A stretch of DNA of 63,938 nt, filler included, from Octopus bimaculoides (taxonomy: Eukaryota): NCBI RefSeq assembly GCF_001194135.2. It is 7 parts of 7 records of this genome, joined end to end, with 100 filler letters (N's around TTAATTAATTAA, not from the genome) between each part and the next. Parts side by side here need not be neighbours in the genome. Positions count along the whole stretch, not along the records: positions 1 to 18,628 come from NC_068981.1; 6 more parts are not named here. One strand, written 5' to 3'. Under the pieces are notes generated by a model, which was given only the letters and a program-made list of their open reading frames with translations, was not told the DNA's origin and made no database searches. The translations under genes were made by a program, and so were the position numbers. Below, one piece after another: positions 1-12,447 of the stretch. Numbering within the stretch: position 1 is the stretch's first letter; the number at the start of each line of letters is the position of its first letter.

Positions 1-33
1 ACACACACACACACACACACACATGTATATATA

Positions 34-412
34 GTTGTGGCTGTGTAGTAAAAAGCTTGCTTCCCAACCACATGACTCCGGGTTCAGTCCCACTTCGTGG
101 TATCTTGGGCAGGTGTCTTCTACTATTGCCTCGGGGTAACCAAAGCCCTGTGAGTGGATTTGGTAGATGGAAACTGAAAGAAGCCTGTCGTATGCGTGCG
201 TATGTGTGTGTGTGTATGTGTGTCTGTGTTTGTCCCTCAACCGATATTGGCGTGTTTACGTTTCCGTAACTTTGTGGTTCGGCAAAAGACACCGATAGAA
301 TAAGTACTAGGCTTACAAAGAATAAATCCTGGGGTCGATTTGCTCGACTAAAGGCGGTGCTCCAGCATGGCCTCACTCAAATGACTGAAACAAATAAAAG
401 AATAAAAGAATA
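34..412 (+). mobile_element. tRNA-derived SINE, family A (head, (GT)n spacer, 3' domain), near full length
   Basis: Head has GCTGTGTAGT (A-box-like) and GGTTCAGTCC (B-box-like), then CTTGGGCAGGTGTCTTC...GGATTTGGTAGATGGAAACTGAAAGAAGCC. The 3' part GGTTCGGCAAAAGA...GGTGCTCCAGCATGGC...ATGACTGAAAC recurs at several other places in the window. Confidence 0.8.
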
Positions 413-429
413 TGTACATATGATGCGAT

Positions 430-580
430 TTCACAGTTTCCGTCTACCAAATTCACTCACAAGCTTTGGTCAGCCCGGAGCCTTTGTAAAAGACAGTTAT
501 CGGAGACGGTGTGTGATGGGACGGGATCTGAAACCACGTGGCTGCAAAGCGAGCTTTTTAACCATATATCCATGCCTGCA
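430..580 (-). mobile_element. SINE family A head fragment (diverged)
   Basis: CAGTTTCCGTCTACCAAATTCACTCACAAGCTTTGGTC is the reverse complement of the family A head. Confidence 0.6.
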
Positions 581-1299
581 CCTGACCATAAAGAAGCAAA
601 GACAAATATAAACCAAAAACAAAATTTAACGAACTATTAGCCTTCTCTATGAATGTGAATTAAACAAATTATTTGTGCGGCAATTCCTTTCATGTCTTGA
701 ATGTTTTATTGGAACATTAATCAATCTCTGGTACTTGATTGGTACTTTTATTTTATTGACTTGGGAAGAACGAAAGGCCAAATTGACCTTGGCGAGATTT
801 GATACCAGAACGGTATTCGAGCCGTAGCTACATATCGCAAGATACTTATTTTGTCCGTCGCCATATTGTGTCAAAAACAACGAAGGTGGAGTATAATGGA
901 TTGTATTAGCAATTAGCTGATGGGCTGGTACCTAGTTTCTCTCTCTCTCTCTCTCTCTCACCTTTTTTCTCGATGTCAAGAAGATGAATTAAGAGAATTT
1001 AGTCAAAATTGAACCCGATATCATAAAGGACAATATAGGTTCTATAAACTATTTAGCTCAGCGATTTTACTTCTCCACCCAATTATTCCACGTTCATAAA
1101 AAGAAGAAATATTAATTATCTGCTGCTCAAATTTAGGTTGCATTCATGGCTGAACGTTAATATAACCACTCATTAAAGCTGATGATAGCTGAATTCGCCA
1201 AGATGAATGACAGATCCGTCAAGTGAATAGAAAATAATATGCGTCAATGATTAAAAACTGGTAACGACAACGAGAGATAATTGATTTTTGGCGCTGTTA

Positions 1300-1830
1300 A
1301 TTTAAATCCAGGAAAAATTCACAGGAAAAAATATAACTGGGAAAAATCACAGAAAAATGTCACAGGAAAACTTCAATAAACGACTAATTTGATATTTTGC
1401 TTTTGTTTCGTTCATATAATTAAGATATCGAATAAAACTATTATTTTTTCATATACTTAACACCAATATATATAAATTGTGCAACGATTGTGTAAAAAAT
1501 AACGTATTATCAGCTAAAATGCGACTTAAATTTTGTATTATTTTATCCATTGCATATAGTTACTTAGGCAATATCTTACACCTCTTTTACATGTTTTAGT
1601 TGTTGTTCTGCAGTTGATACAGCCCATGTTACATTTTCCCGCTGACTTTGTTGCCAAATATGGAACTGTTTTTTTCCAGTAACTATATTTCCGTTCACCA
1701 TTGGATTAGTCGGCTGCTCGAACTTAAAATGTTGAAGCACAACGTTTGAAATAAGGATGCGTAAAAGTACACGCATAAATCGGTGTAGTAGCTTTAACAA
1801 AGCAAAGTTGGTGAAATTAGGCGTTGGTTG
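1300..1830 (-). mobile_element. possible Mutator-like (MULE) transposase C-terminal relic with short subterminal repeats
   Basis: Repeated ACAGGAAAAA-like units at 1309-1370. The minus strand gives TNFA/C*SYY..LCVYFY, which resembles the RTNNxCESYH motif of MULE transposases (remembered motif, weak match). Confidence 0.3.
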
Positions 1831-2599
1831 CTGATGACATTTAACTATAAAGTGAAAATTACAAGCAATTTGTGGGGGCCGATTTTGCTTAAGGTCATTA
1901 TATTTTATAATAGGGGCTGCATCTGCATTAATATATTTGTGTGTGTATGTGTGTGTGTGTGTGTGTGCGCGCGTAAAGGCATGTATATATACATATGTGT
2001 GTGTGCATGTAAGTATAAATATATATGTATATGTAATATAGAACGCTTCACGAATTTTCGTGTCATCCTATATGTATATATACGTATACACGTATGTATG
2101 CTTCTATGTATATTCATATGTATATAGATGTATATACGTATTATATATATATATATATATATATAGATAGATAGATAGATAGATATAGATATAGATATAT
2201 ATGTATATATATATATATATATATATAATGCCCATATGTCGACACGTGTGTGTGCAGATATTCAATTAATTATTTATAGTACGATTATGGAAGTATATTC
2301 AATGAATTATTTATATAAGTATGTGTATGTATATGCATGACTTTGAGTACGCGTTTGTATGCATGTAGATAAAATATCTATTTGTACAAAACTAGACGTA
2401 TTCCATTTCAAATTACAACTGAATACATCCGATTTTTCACATTTGTGTACCCTAACCAACTTACATGAAAGGGATTTTTGATATATTCTATCTATTCCAT
2501 GAGAACTGCAGCAGTACATCTCGAAGAATATTTTAAACATATTTGAAATGTTTTGACGCAAAATTCTAGGTTTCTACGTAATTCCTTAAATATACGCAG

Positions 2600-2632
<33 letters not shown>

Positions 2633-2636
2633 AAAA

Positions 2637-2824
2637 ATATATATGCATGTATACACACATATATGTATATACTTACATCTACATGTGTATATAGATGCAT
2701 ATCAGGGTACAGGACGTTAGAACAATGAACTACAGACAACGGAACGAACACAGAGGAAAACAGATAGTCACTTGGAATTAATCCTTCGTCAGCTGCCATA
2801 ATTCTAACTAGACGTTTCGAAGAT
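2637..2824 (-). repeat. interspersed repeat copy 1 (Penelope pLTR-like, hammerhead half-motifs)
   Basis: About 190 bp direct repeat of 5579-5768 (GCATATCAGGGTACAGGACGTTAGAACAAT..ACTACAGACAACGGAACGAACAC). The minus strand carries GAAACGTC followed by CTGACGA. Confidence 0.6.
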
Positions 2825-2825
2825 A

Positions 2826-3520
2826 AGGCAGAGCGTAAGTCCCTAGCAATGTTACCGAGGAGCCTTACCTGTTCGGGACAAATTCTACAGGCATGGTTCT
2901 TCATCCACGCCAACTTGTCCAAGATGCAGGCAAGACAGTGAAACTGTTCTACACGCAATTGTGCAATGTCCGAAGATTTCGGAACTTAGGTTTTATGTCG
3001 AACAACTGCTGTCACGCCTGTGAAGAGTACAACTGTCATCCGAGTCTATAATTAAGATTGTTTCGCCGTCTTCTCTGAATAAGGAAGAGCAGGCTTGTTT
3101 CTTCTGTGCAATCGCTACTGCGAAGGAGGTTGTATGGAAGACGCGAGGGAAAGGGATCATGACGGACATCTTAATCTCCAGCCTTGGCTTGGTTAACTTT
3201 TTTCTTTTCCTCTTGAAAAGAAAAATAAGGCTGGAGAGGAGATGCCTGCCACACAGTGTGTTCGGAAAAAGATGGAAGACTGTAGCAAGTTTGTTGAGAG
3301 GGAATGAACCTGCTTAAGCGAGAGCATAAAGTTGCTACCAGGTATTCAGTGTTCGGAATGTGGTTTGTGTGGTCGGCTACGTCCCTCACTCCATTTGTGG
3401 TTATCATTTATTTTTAATTATGTTTATCTTCACGTTGTTTTATCATTCGTTCCCCGACCCCTTGTCTGTCTTTGTATTGTCCCTCCTTACTCGTCCTACA
3501 TGGATAATTAAAAATAAAGT
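2826..3520 (+). mobile_element. Tx1/L1-clade LINE 3' fragment (zf-RVT-like C-terminus plus 3' UTR), decayed
   Basis: The plus frame reads QCYRGALPVRDKFYRHG..TCPRCRQDSETVLHAIVQCP..YVEQLLSRL*..AKEVVW, with CxxC...H...C. It is homologous to ORF 63120-63605. AATAAA lies at 3513-3518. Confidence 0.8.
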
Positions 3521-4306
3521 TTATATTTTATACACCTCGTCATATGTTTTATGTTTATAACCTTATATTTTAAACACATTATATTCCTTATTAGCTTATG
3601 AGCCTAAATTCTAAGTTTTTATATCTAATACATTCATTTATATATTTTTTAAATAATTTTTTCTTCGCTTTCTTCTAATAATTTTAAATATAATTTATTC
3701 GTCACCTATATATCTAATTTGTAAATTTGTATTAATGCTTTATAACTATGCTTAATAATAATAGTCCTTTTTCTATTGTGGATCTGATTACCACCCCTAT
3801 TTTATTCTATTTTAAACTTTTATTCTATCATTTTTCGAAGTGTTTAATGCGATAATGAATTTAAGTAAATTCAGCTTCCTCTATCTCCTTTTTCTCATTA
3901 TCATCCCCTCCCTATCACTCACTTCCTTATTATCACCCTACGTCTTGCCCATTTGCGAACATTAAACCGACATATAGTCCCATCACTTTTGATAATTTAG
4001 TAGGCTGACCTGACATTAATTGCTTCTCTCACCACTGACCAGTGGATATAAACATCTTACTTAAGATAAAAATCTAAACGATCGGAGCCGATCTTTCCTC
4101 TATTGTTAGAAGTTTAGATAACTGGGTCATTTGTGTCAATTATCTCCTCCTCTTACAATAAATTCTAATAACCCCTAAATTCTTGTTTGTTCTGACCAAA
4201 TATACACTATTCTGATAAGTCCATTCCAACTGAATTGTAGCAGGATCGATGTAAATATTTTTACTCCGTGAATTTGTTAACTATGTTGAATAAGTCGAAG
4301 ATCATG

Positions 4307-4395
4307 AATTCATCTGACGAAAATGGTTTCTTTACAATGATGTAATGTTCTCGTTAATTAATTATAGGAGTCGTTGGAAACGGCCGTCATGAATT
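4307..4395 (+). ncRNA. type I hammerhead ribozyme motif, intact core
   Basis: Stem I AATTCAT(4307-4313)/ATGAATT(4389-4395); core CTGACGA; stem II AATGGTTTC/GGAGTCGTT (5 Watson-Crick + 4 G.U); GAAA at 4377-4380; palindromic stem III ACGGCCGT; GUC triplet, predicted cut after 4388. Confidence 0.75.
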
Positions 4396-4795
4396 GACAC
4401 CTGTACTTCTTTGTTACTCACGTATATTTTATTCACCTATCCTGGAATCTACGCTACGTAAATATTATAGACAGTATTTTTAATATAAAGTACATGTTTC
4501 CATAGCTAAGGTTGGATTTCATCATGCAGCTGGGTTTTATTATCTGCATACATTGCAAGAATATCACGTGGCCGGCACTTTTGCACCAAGTCTGATATTC
4601 ACTTAATATTGTCGAGTATGCATGTTACTCAGACCTAACAAGGTGCCTCAATTTAAGAACCTAATTCAACTGATTCTTAATTGTATTATATATATATATA
4701 TACGGGAGAATTTACGAAAAAAACAATAGACGAAGACAAGTGGTGTAAACAACAAATGGATGTTAAATAGTTTAACGCTCGGGAATAGAGAAAGT

Positions 4796-4830
4796 CTTTG
4801 ACGTTTCGAGCTACGCTCTTCAACTGAAAG
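4796..4830 (-). ncRNA. degenerate minimal hammerhead motif
   Basis: Minus strand reads CTTT-CAGTTGA-AGAGC GTA GCTC-GAAA-CG-TC-AAAG. Stems I and II and GAAACGTC are intact, but the core has two changes from CTGATGA. Confidence 0.5.
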
Positions 4831-5035
4831 GAACACAAAGAAATAAGGAGAGAAACAAGGAGAGAAAAAATAAATGTAGTGGTCAACGATCTATCATGGC
4901 GAATATATATATATATACATATATATTTAGAAATAATAATGTTTCTTTTTATTAGATCAAAGACTGTGTGTCCCTTTGAAAATTATATATTTTCGAATGG
5001 GAATTCAGTAGCGTCGTCAAGCCGTGTACCCTCTC

Positions 5036-5074
5036 TGTGCTGATAAAGAGCAATAACCCAGAAACCGGTCCACA
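5036..5074 (+). ncRNA. minimal hammerhead motif with G8>A core change
   Basis: TGTG-CTGATAA-AGAGCAATAACCCA-GAAA-CCGG-TC-CACA, with palindromic ACCGGT stem III. Sequence downstream (TTCCTGGGGCTA..AACAACAGTA) also occurs in the spacer of the 26074-26606 element. Confidence 0.55.
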
Positions 5075-5528
5075 AATGTTGCTTTGTGCTGGATAGCGGT
5101 GCTGAGCTCCCTTGTTCGAAAATATAAGGACCTAAATATTGTGTCGTATAGCCAACTGGAAACGACGTTTCCTGGGGCTAAACAACAGTAACATTCGTCC
5201 ACATTATGTTGACAAATAGTCTTTACTTTAAAGTACTATTACTGAATATCTCTCTTTGAGAGATTTAGAAATGATAATGTTCCTATTTAAATATGTATAA
5301 TACAACCAATAGGTACGGAAGATAGAATATATTGGAAACATTATTTATCACAACGACAGTGTCGACACATCTTTTATCGCTCTCTCGCAGCCGAGAAACT
5401 ATACAGTAAATTTCGGTGCATCCCACGGAGCAGGAGCATCACATCAGGTCCACTACTAGCGACATACCCAACATGCAATTTCAAAATTCAAAATTTAAAT
5501 TTGAACTTTAATTTTAACTTATACATAC

Positions 5529-5565
<37 letters not shown>

Positions 5566-5578
5566 TATATAATACAAA

Positions 5579-5768
5579 GAATATATATACATGTATACAC
5601 ACATATATGTACATACTTACATCTACATGTGTATATACATGCATATCAGGGTACAGGACGTTAGAACAATAAACTACAGACAACGGAACGAACACATAGG
5701 AAAACGGAAAGCCCCTTGGAATATCCCTTCATCAGCTGTCTCTATTCTATCTAGACGTTTCGAAGACC
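5579..5768 (-). repeat. interspersed repeat copy 2 (Penelope pLTR-like, hammerhead half-motifs)
   Basis: Direct repeat of 2637-2824. The minus strand has GAAACGTC, 18 nt, then CTGATGA. Confidence 0.6.
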
Positions 5769-5769
5769 A

Positions 5770-5810
<41 letters not shown>

Positions 5811-6591
5811 CTCACTCATTAGAATGAGGGCATGGTGGGGCACCACCTTGAAGATATGTATACACACATATATGTATGTATACACACACACGCATATATA
5901 ATTGTATATATATATACTTTACGTATTGAGTTATTTTTTCATATGCAAACCAAGCGTATTTATTCGACGGTATTTAATTTAATACCGCTTTCTGCAAGCC
6001 AGAGACAACAAGCTGACAATGATGCAGTTCGTTCTGTTATATTTGTAGAAAAAATATTCCGAATCCGCTCAAGAAATTATGCACTGATGCTGATATCATT
6101 AATTACAATTTGTATCGCTTAAAATATATGGGTAAGTAACAGTGTTATTGTTGTGTACATGTGTGTATGCGTTATGCGTGTATGTATCTATGTACATGTA
6201 TGTCTAAACGTGTGTAATTTACAAATGCTTTGTGCCGCCCATGACAATATTGAGCCATTACATAATGTGTATAAGTAAACCGTTGTGCATCATATGAGAA
6301 GGGATGCAAGCCCTTCTCATCAATTCTCCTCATTTTGTTTTACTTTTTATTCCTCCTTTCGATTCTCTTTTCGTTCCTATCTGCCAAACCTGTAACCCTG
6401 TATCCTTTTAACCCCTTATCTCAGTTCCCTTTACTTACTCTTATACCAATCCTTTCAGATATTCTTTAATATACGTATCCTTTTCCAATTCCTCTTTCTA
6501 TCAACCTATCAACATCGCAGCTCCTAATCAACGCCTTCGAGACTTAAACATGATCTGCCTTGCTTCCACCCTCTCTCTCCTTCTCTCTCTC

Positions 6592-6629
<38 letters not shown>

Positions 6630-6804
6630 CCTCCCTCTCCCCCTCTCTCTCTCTCTTTATAACTTCCTCTTTCTCCCTACAATTCTTTCTCAACTGCCCC
6701 CTTTTCTTTTCCTTCTTTTTTCTCTCATTTTATTTTTTTGTCTCTTACTCATACCAATCATGTCTGCTTTTTATTATGCATTTTTATTCTTTTATTCTTT
6801 TATT

Positions 6805-7000
6805 TGTTTCAGTCATTTGACTACAGCCATGCTGGAGCATCGCCTTAAAGGGTTTTAGTCGAAGAAATCGACCCCAGGACTTACTCATTGTAAGCCTAGT
6901 ACTTATTCTATCGGTCTCTTTTGTCGAACCACTTGATTACGGGGACGTAAGCACACCAACATTAGTTGTCAAGCAATGACACCTGCACAGACACAAAGAC
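6805..7000 (-). mobile_element. SINE family A 3' domain
   Basis: TTTCAGTCATTTGACT..GCCATGCTGGAGCA..ATCGACCCCAGGACTTA..GTAAGCCTAGTACTTATTCTATCGGT is the reverse complement of 250-400. Confidence 0.7.
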
Positions 7001-7543
7001 ACACGAACATAAACATATACATACGTATACATGTTTATATATATTTTAGGTCTTAATAGACACAAGATGTGATTTATTTCTAGCGCATTAATTGTCCACG
7101 TTAGTGGTCGGCGTTATTTTTTTTAAATGTACCTTAATCCCCTGAGATTGCAGATAATATTTCTGAATTTCTTTGATTCTTTACATGTGCTGGCCTCCTG
7201 ATAATTAATCGATATTAATTAATATATGACTAATTACCAGATTTTATAATAATAATAATATATATANNNNNNNNNNNNNNNNNNNNNNNNNNNNNNNNNN
7301 NNNNNNNNNNNNNNNNNNNNNNNNNNNNNNNNNNNNNNNNNNNNNNNNNNNNNNNNNNNNNNNNNNNNNNNNNNNNNNNNNNNNNNNNNNNNNNNNNNNN
7401 NNNNNNNNNNNNNNNNNNNNNNNNNNNNNNNNNNNNNNNNNNNNNNNNNNNNNNNNNNNNNNNNNNNNNNNNNNNNNNNNNNNNNNNNNNNNNNNNNNNN
7501 NNNNNNNNNNNNNNNNNNNNNNNNNNNNNNNNNNNNNNNNNNN

Positions 7544-7598
<55 letters not shown>

Positions 7599-8373
7599 TG
7601 GATCTTGCATGCATGAAGTGGATTCGATCCACCATAGCCAAATTTAAATTAGCAATGCAACAGAACTTTTCCCACGGTGGAAAATTGGTTTTTCTCTGAC
7701 AGCAGTTTTACATTTTCCAGATGCCTTTCGCTAGGCCGAAATAATGTCTTCACCACTTGACCCTTTCTAACCTCTTCTACTCCACCAAAAGCTAGAATAG
7801 AGATAACAAGACCACCAACTAAATCTATTGTTTTCAATGATATGTCTATCCTTCTGGATAGTTATAAAAACAAGAAACCCCAAGCAAAAATCAGTCCAGT
7901 CACCAGTCGGTGACGACTCAACTCGTCCAGTCACATGGTGACTACTCAGCGAGAATGAAGTCTGGCTGACCAGCTAGAGCCTTGGTCAGAGGGAGATATG
8001 AATTTTACTGTCAGCAACTGTGAAACAACGTCCCACCCCCTACAACTCTCACTAGCTCAAATTCTATTCTCTTACAACATCATTTCATCTCTCTCTGTAA
8101 TTACTACTAAACAATGAAGAGGACACAAACACAAACTTTACTTTGCATGTCTTTTGATTTATCATAACCTGCCCGTCCAAGCATGGTATTTTTCAATGTA
8201 ACGGTAAATAAATATTTCCTTAAAACATCATGTATTGTTCATCTTTCGCATCCTGCAACATGTCATTATAACAACAATTTTTTTTCGTCACAACTGCTGA
8301 GTCCGACATTTCATAATATTCTGTACCTACAAATCTTACCCTTTACAATTGGTAACTACACAAATTATGATCG

Positions 8374-8437
<64 letters not shown>

Positions 8438-8938
8438 NNNNNNNNNNNNNNNNNNNNNNNNNNNNNNNNNNNNNNNNNNNNNNNNNNNNNNNNNNNNNNN
8501 NNNNNNNNNNNNNNNNNNNNNNNNNNNNNNNNNNNNNNNNNNNNNNNNNNNNNNNNNNNNNNNNNNNNNNNNNNNNNNNNNNNNNNNNNNNNNNNNNNNN
8601 NNNNNNNNNNNNNNNNNNNNNNNNNNNNNNNNNNNNNNNNNNNNNNNNNNNNNNNNNNNNNNNNNNNNNNNNNNNNNNNNNNNNNNNNNNNNNNNNNNNN
8701 NNNNNNNNNNNNNNNNNNNNNNNNNNNNNNNNNNNNNNNNNNNNNNNNNNNNNNNNNNNNNNNNNNNNNNNNNNNNNNNNNNNNNNNNNNNNNNNNNNNN
8801 NNNNNNNNNNNNNNNNNNNNNNNNNNNNNNNNNNNNNNNNNNNNNNNNNNNNNNNNNNNNNNNNNNNNNNNNNNNNNNNNNNNNNNNNNNNNNNNNNNNN
8901 NNNNNNNNNNNNNNNNNNNNNNNNNNNNNNNNNNNNNN

Positions 8939-8975
<37 letters not shown>

Positions 8976-8977
<2 letters not shown>

Positions 8978-9090
8978 GACAGGTTTCTTTCAGTTTCCGT
9001 CTTCCAAAATCCACCTACAAGGCTTTGGTTGGCCCGAGGCTATAGCAGCAGGCACTTACCTAAGGTGCAGTGAGACTGAACCCGAACCCA
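8976..9090 (-). mobile_element. SINE family A head fragment
   Basis: TTTCTTTCAGTTTCCGTC..CCAAAATCCAC..AAGGCTTTGG..GGCTATAG..GACTGAACCCG. Confidence 0.65.
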
Positions 9091-9499
9091 TATGCTTTAT
9101 AAATTTTACACCTGTCTGAGTTTTTGTTTCAATTTATAGATTTGTATTTGCGTGCTTAGCTGAATAAATAATAAATAAATTTATTAATCCAATTTACATC
9201 GAATATTTTTTTATCGATTTAAATAAGTAAAGATTACAAATGAAAGTGTAACCTGGATGCATATGTGTTCTTGCATATACAACACTTAGGTGTATACATG
9301 TTTGTGTGCATCAGTTCAGAATTGCATTTATGAGCATGAATGCATAAATATGCAGTAAGTCAGGTTCATGCATGATTGGTAGCAGCTCCAGTCTAGTGTG
9401 AAATGTATGCTTCTTCCCAACAGGTAATAGGCCCAACCTATGTGTCGAATACTAGCCCCAGTTCAATGTGTTAAATACAGTTAGGAGAAATAAAAATAA

Positions 9500-9999
9500 A
9501 CACAAGTTTATGTCATAGTTCCAAGTGGCGTTTCATCATTATGGCTGTTTGGAGCCTGCAATAGGTGTTCCAACTGCATTAGGTTACAGGTACAAACCTA
9601 CAGACGTAGTGTACTTGTTGTGCTTCCGGGCAACGAAAGAGAATAATATAAGAACTAGAGTGCGCAGCTCGGAGATCAGGGGTCTGGCTCCAGATTGAGC
9701 AGATGCTTCTCCGCATTGAGAGCTCTGGTATTACGCACATGAGATATCACAGAATAGAAATGCAAGACAGATTCTTTAAGCAGACCCAACCGACTGGGGA
9801 CATAAGGGGTTGATCAAAAACGAAGTGGTTGGAGAACATCCATATTCTCCGTTGGCCACGTTTGGGAATCCAACCTGAAAATATAATAACGACTGCTTTT
9901 CAGAGGACTCCAAGGAAGAGTTGCCTGAGGGTTCTATCCCCATAAACCTACCAAGAATAGTGGGCAGAGAAAATGGATGGATGGATGGATGGATGGATG
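9500..9999 (+). mobile_element. RTE-clade LINE 3' end with (GGAT)n tail, decayed
   Basis: Translation pieces QIEQMLLRIESS..QTQPTGDIRG*SKTKWLENIHILRWPRLGIQPENI..RVLSP* resemble the C-terminus of RTE/Rex3-type RTs (LLRIERSQLRW..RPRGRPRTRW..LAWERLGI..LLPP). It ends in a TGGA repeat at 9974-9999. Confidence 0.7.
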
Positions 10000-10244
10000 T
10001 TACCAATGGGTCACATTTACCAATGGGTCACATTTTACTACTAACACGGTATGTAAGTCGCCTCAAAAGTCCATACCAATAAGTCTAACATTCCATTGAT
10101 CTGACAGGCAGCATACACGCAAATAGATACGAAATAAATATGCGTGTATAAGTTCGCACGTACATTCGTATATGTGTGTGTATGCATATTAATGTATATA
10201 TGAGCATGTTTGCATATGCGTAAATATATATATATGTATATGTA

Positions 10245-10321
10245 CTCAGAATGTAAGGACGGACGAAATGCTACTAAGCATTTTGTCCGGTGTGCTAACG
10301 ATTCTGCTAGCTCGCCACCTC

Positions 10322-10369
<48 letters not shown>

Positions 10370-10515
10370 TCTTTCAAATTTTGGCTCAAGGTTAGCAAGT
10401 TTAGTGAGAAGGAAGTTAGTTATGTCGACTCCAGGGCTCAACTAGTACTTCTTTTATCGACCTCGAAAGGATACTGAGCATTTTGTCCGGTGCGATAGCG
10501 ATTCTCCCAGCTCGT
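10245..10515 (-). mobile_element. SINE family B fragments around (AAT)n
   Basis: Contains CTCAGAATGTAAGGACGGACGAAATGCTACTAAGCATTTTGTCCGGTGTGCTAACGATTCTGC and a second partial copy, matching 15711-15915. Confidence 0.5.
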
Positions 10516-10616
10516 CAATATGTACAGTCTTCTTTTCATAATACTTTCTCTCTCTCTCTCCCTCTTTGTCTACCTACCTATCTATTTATTTATCTATCTA
10601 TCTCTTTCTCTCTCTT

Positions 10617-10700
<84 letters not shown>

Positions 10701-12363
10701 AAACAATTTATCTATCTCTCTATGTATTTATCACTCTCTCTATATATAGACCTATCTATATATAAATATATATNNNNNNNNNNNNNNNNNNNNNNNNNNN
10801 NNNNNNNNNNNNNNNNNNNNNNNNNNNNNNNNNNNNNNNNNNNNNNNNNNNNNNNNNNNNNNNNNNNNNNNNNNNNNNNNNNNNNNNNNNNNNNNNNNNN
10901 NNNNNNNNNNNNNNNNNNNNNNNNNNNNNGAGAGAGAGAGAGAGGTGGGGGTGGAAATCTGTTCAAGTCCGGAAATAATATCACATCATTTAGACGAGAA
11001 AATAAGGCGACATTACCTGTCGAGATCATGTTCCATCATGACGGAAACGAGAATTTTTTTCTAACAGAGATTGCATTTCAACAGAGAATGGTGGGTAAAC
11101 AATGATGGATAACTTACGGACGTTTTCACAAACGTTTATATACCACCACAAACATAATTTCATTTATTTTGTGCTTATTTAACACATAACTGAGACAGGT
11201 CCTGTTACAAACTATAGCACGGCACCTCTGTATAACTTTACTTTCTTTCCCTTACAAATTTTTAAATCATTCTTGTCCATAACTCTCACCACGGTTGAAA
11301 CCTAAATCACGGTAGCTTGTCACATATAATTTGCAGTTATTTCCTCCCCACCATTGTTTATTTTCCCTTTCGTAGTATTCTGGCATAATTCTTTTTATAT
11401 TTATTTTCTCTCCTAAACAACTGAAAAACCTATTACTGGTTTCTGCAGTTCATTTATTTTGCTCTTATAGCAGGCAAACAATCCTGTAAACTATAATCAT
11501 ATTGTGGGTCATTTTATGTACAGCTATCATCCAGGCAAACTGGATTGACGATAATTGTGTTGAAGCCCTTCATATGGAGCGCTTCTGAATCGGAGACCCG
11601 GCCTTCTTGCACAATAAGTAATGCTGATGTTGCCCGAAGGTTCCTTGAAGGGTACAAATTTCTGTGGAAAATTCAGGCTCAAAAGTTACAAGTCAATGAA
11701 TAAATAGTCCTGTTAATCATACAACTAAAACCCTGATCGATGAAATTGATGAGAATATACTTTATGTCTTGTAATGTTTCAGAAAACATTACTGTTGTTA
11801 ATTACAATGCAGAAAAAAAAATGATAACTGTGCCTGTCTATATCAAAGTTTTGCTTTAAATATATTAGGGAGTTAAGTTTAGAGTTACCAGTCAGGTTAA
11901 TACATCTCTTAAGAAAATTTGTTTTATTTTTCGGTTTAGATGGTTTGATCTCAGAAACATCAAATATCTGTCTCTTGGTCAATTCAGCGCCCTCTGCTTC
12001 CTTTGCCAACCAAAGTTTCAGTGGTTCAAACACCAAAGAACGAAGAAACAATCATTTTGTTTTTTTCCTTTCAAAACTTGTAGTTTAAGGAAGAAATTAA
12101 ACTATAACCTATTGTCGTAAATTGTAACAAGACGGTGCCATATTTAGTTTTATTTTTCTATAACCAGCGTTATTTGACAAATCAGCTAAAGGCTGAGAGT
12201 CGGCTGTCAGAAACAAGTGTTCAGCTCAAAGCTAAACACTACATAACGAAGTTTGTTTCATATAACTTTGAATGTGTAGCTTTAGGCTTTAAGAAAGGTG
12301 AGGTATATAGTAGGAAATGTACAGAAAATTTGATTGCTAGGAAAATATCTTTAGGTAGCGTTT

Positions 12364-12447
12364 TCTTGAAGGATACTGTCTCTTGAAGGATACTGTCTCT
12401 TGAAGGATACTGTCTCTTGAAGGATACTGTCTCTTGAAGGATACTGT
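12364..12447. repeat. 17-bp tandem repeat (TCTTGAAGGATACTGTC) x5
   Basis: Four perfect units plus a fifth of 16 bp, with no spacers. Confidence 0.9.

Noticed and set aside
1828-1864. TTG-CTGATGA-..-GAAAATTA-CAA as a hammerhead
   Set aside because: Only a 3-bp stem I and a weak AT-only stem II, which is plausible by chance in AT-rich DNA.
3990-4660. Minus-strand GIY-YIG-like translation around the 4307 hammerhead
   Set aside because: The motif match is too fragmentary across stops to support a call.
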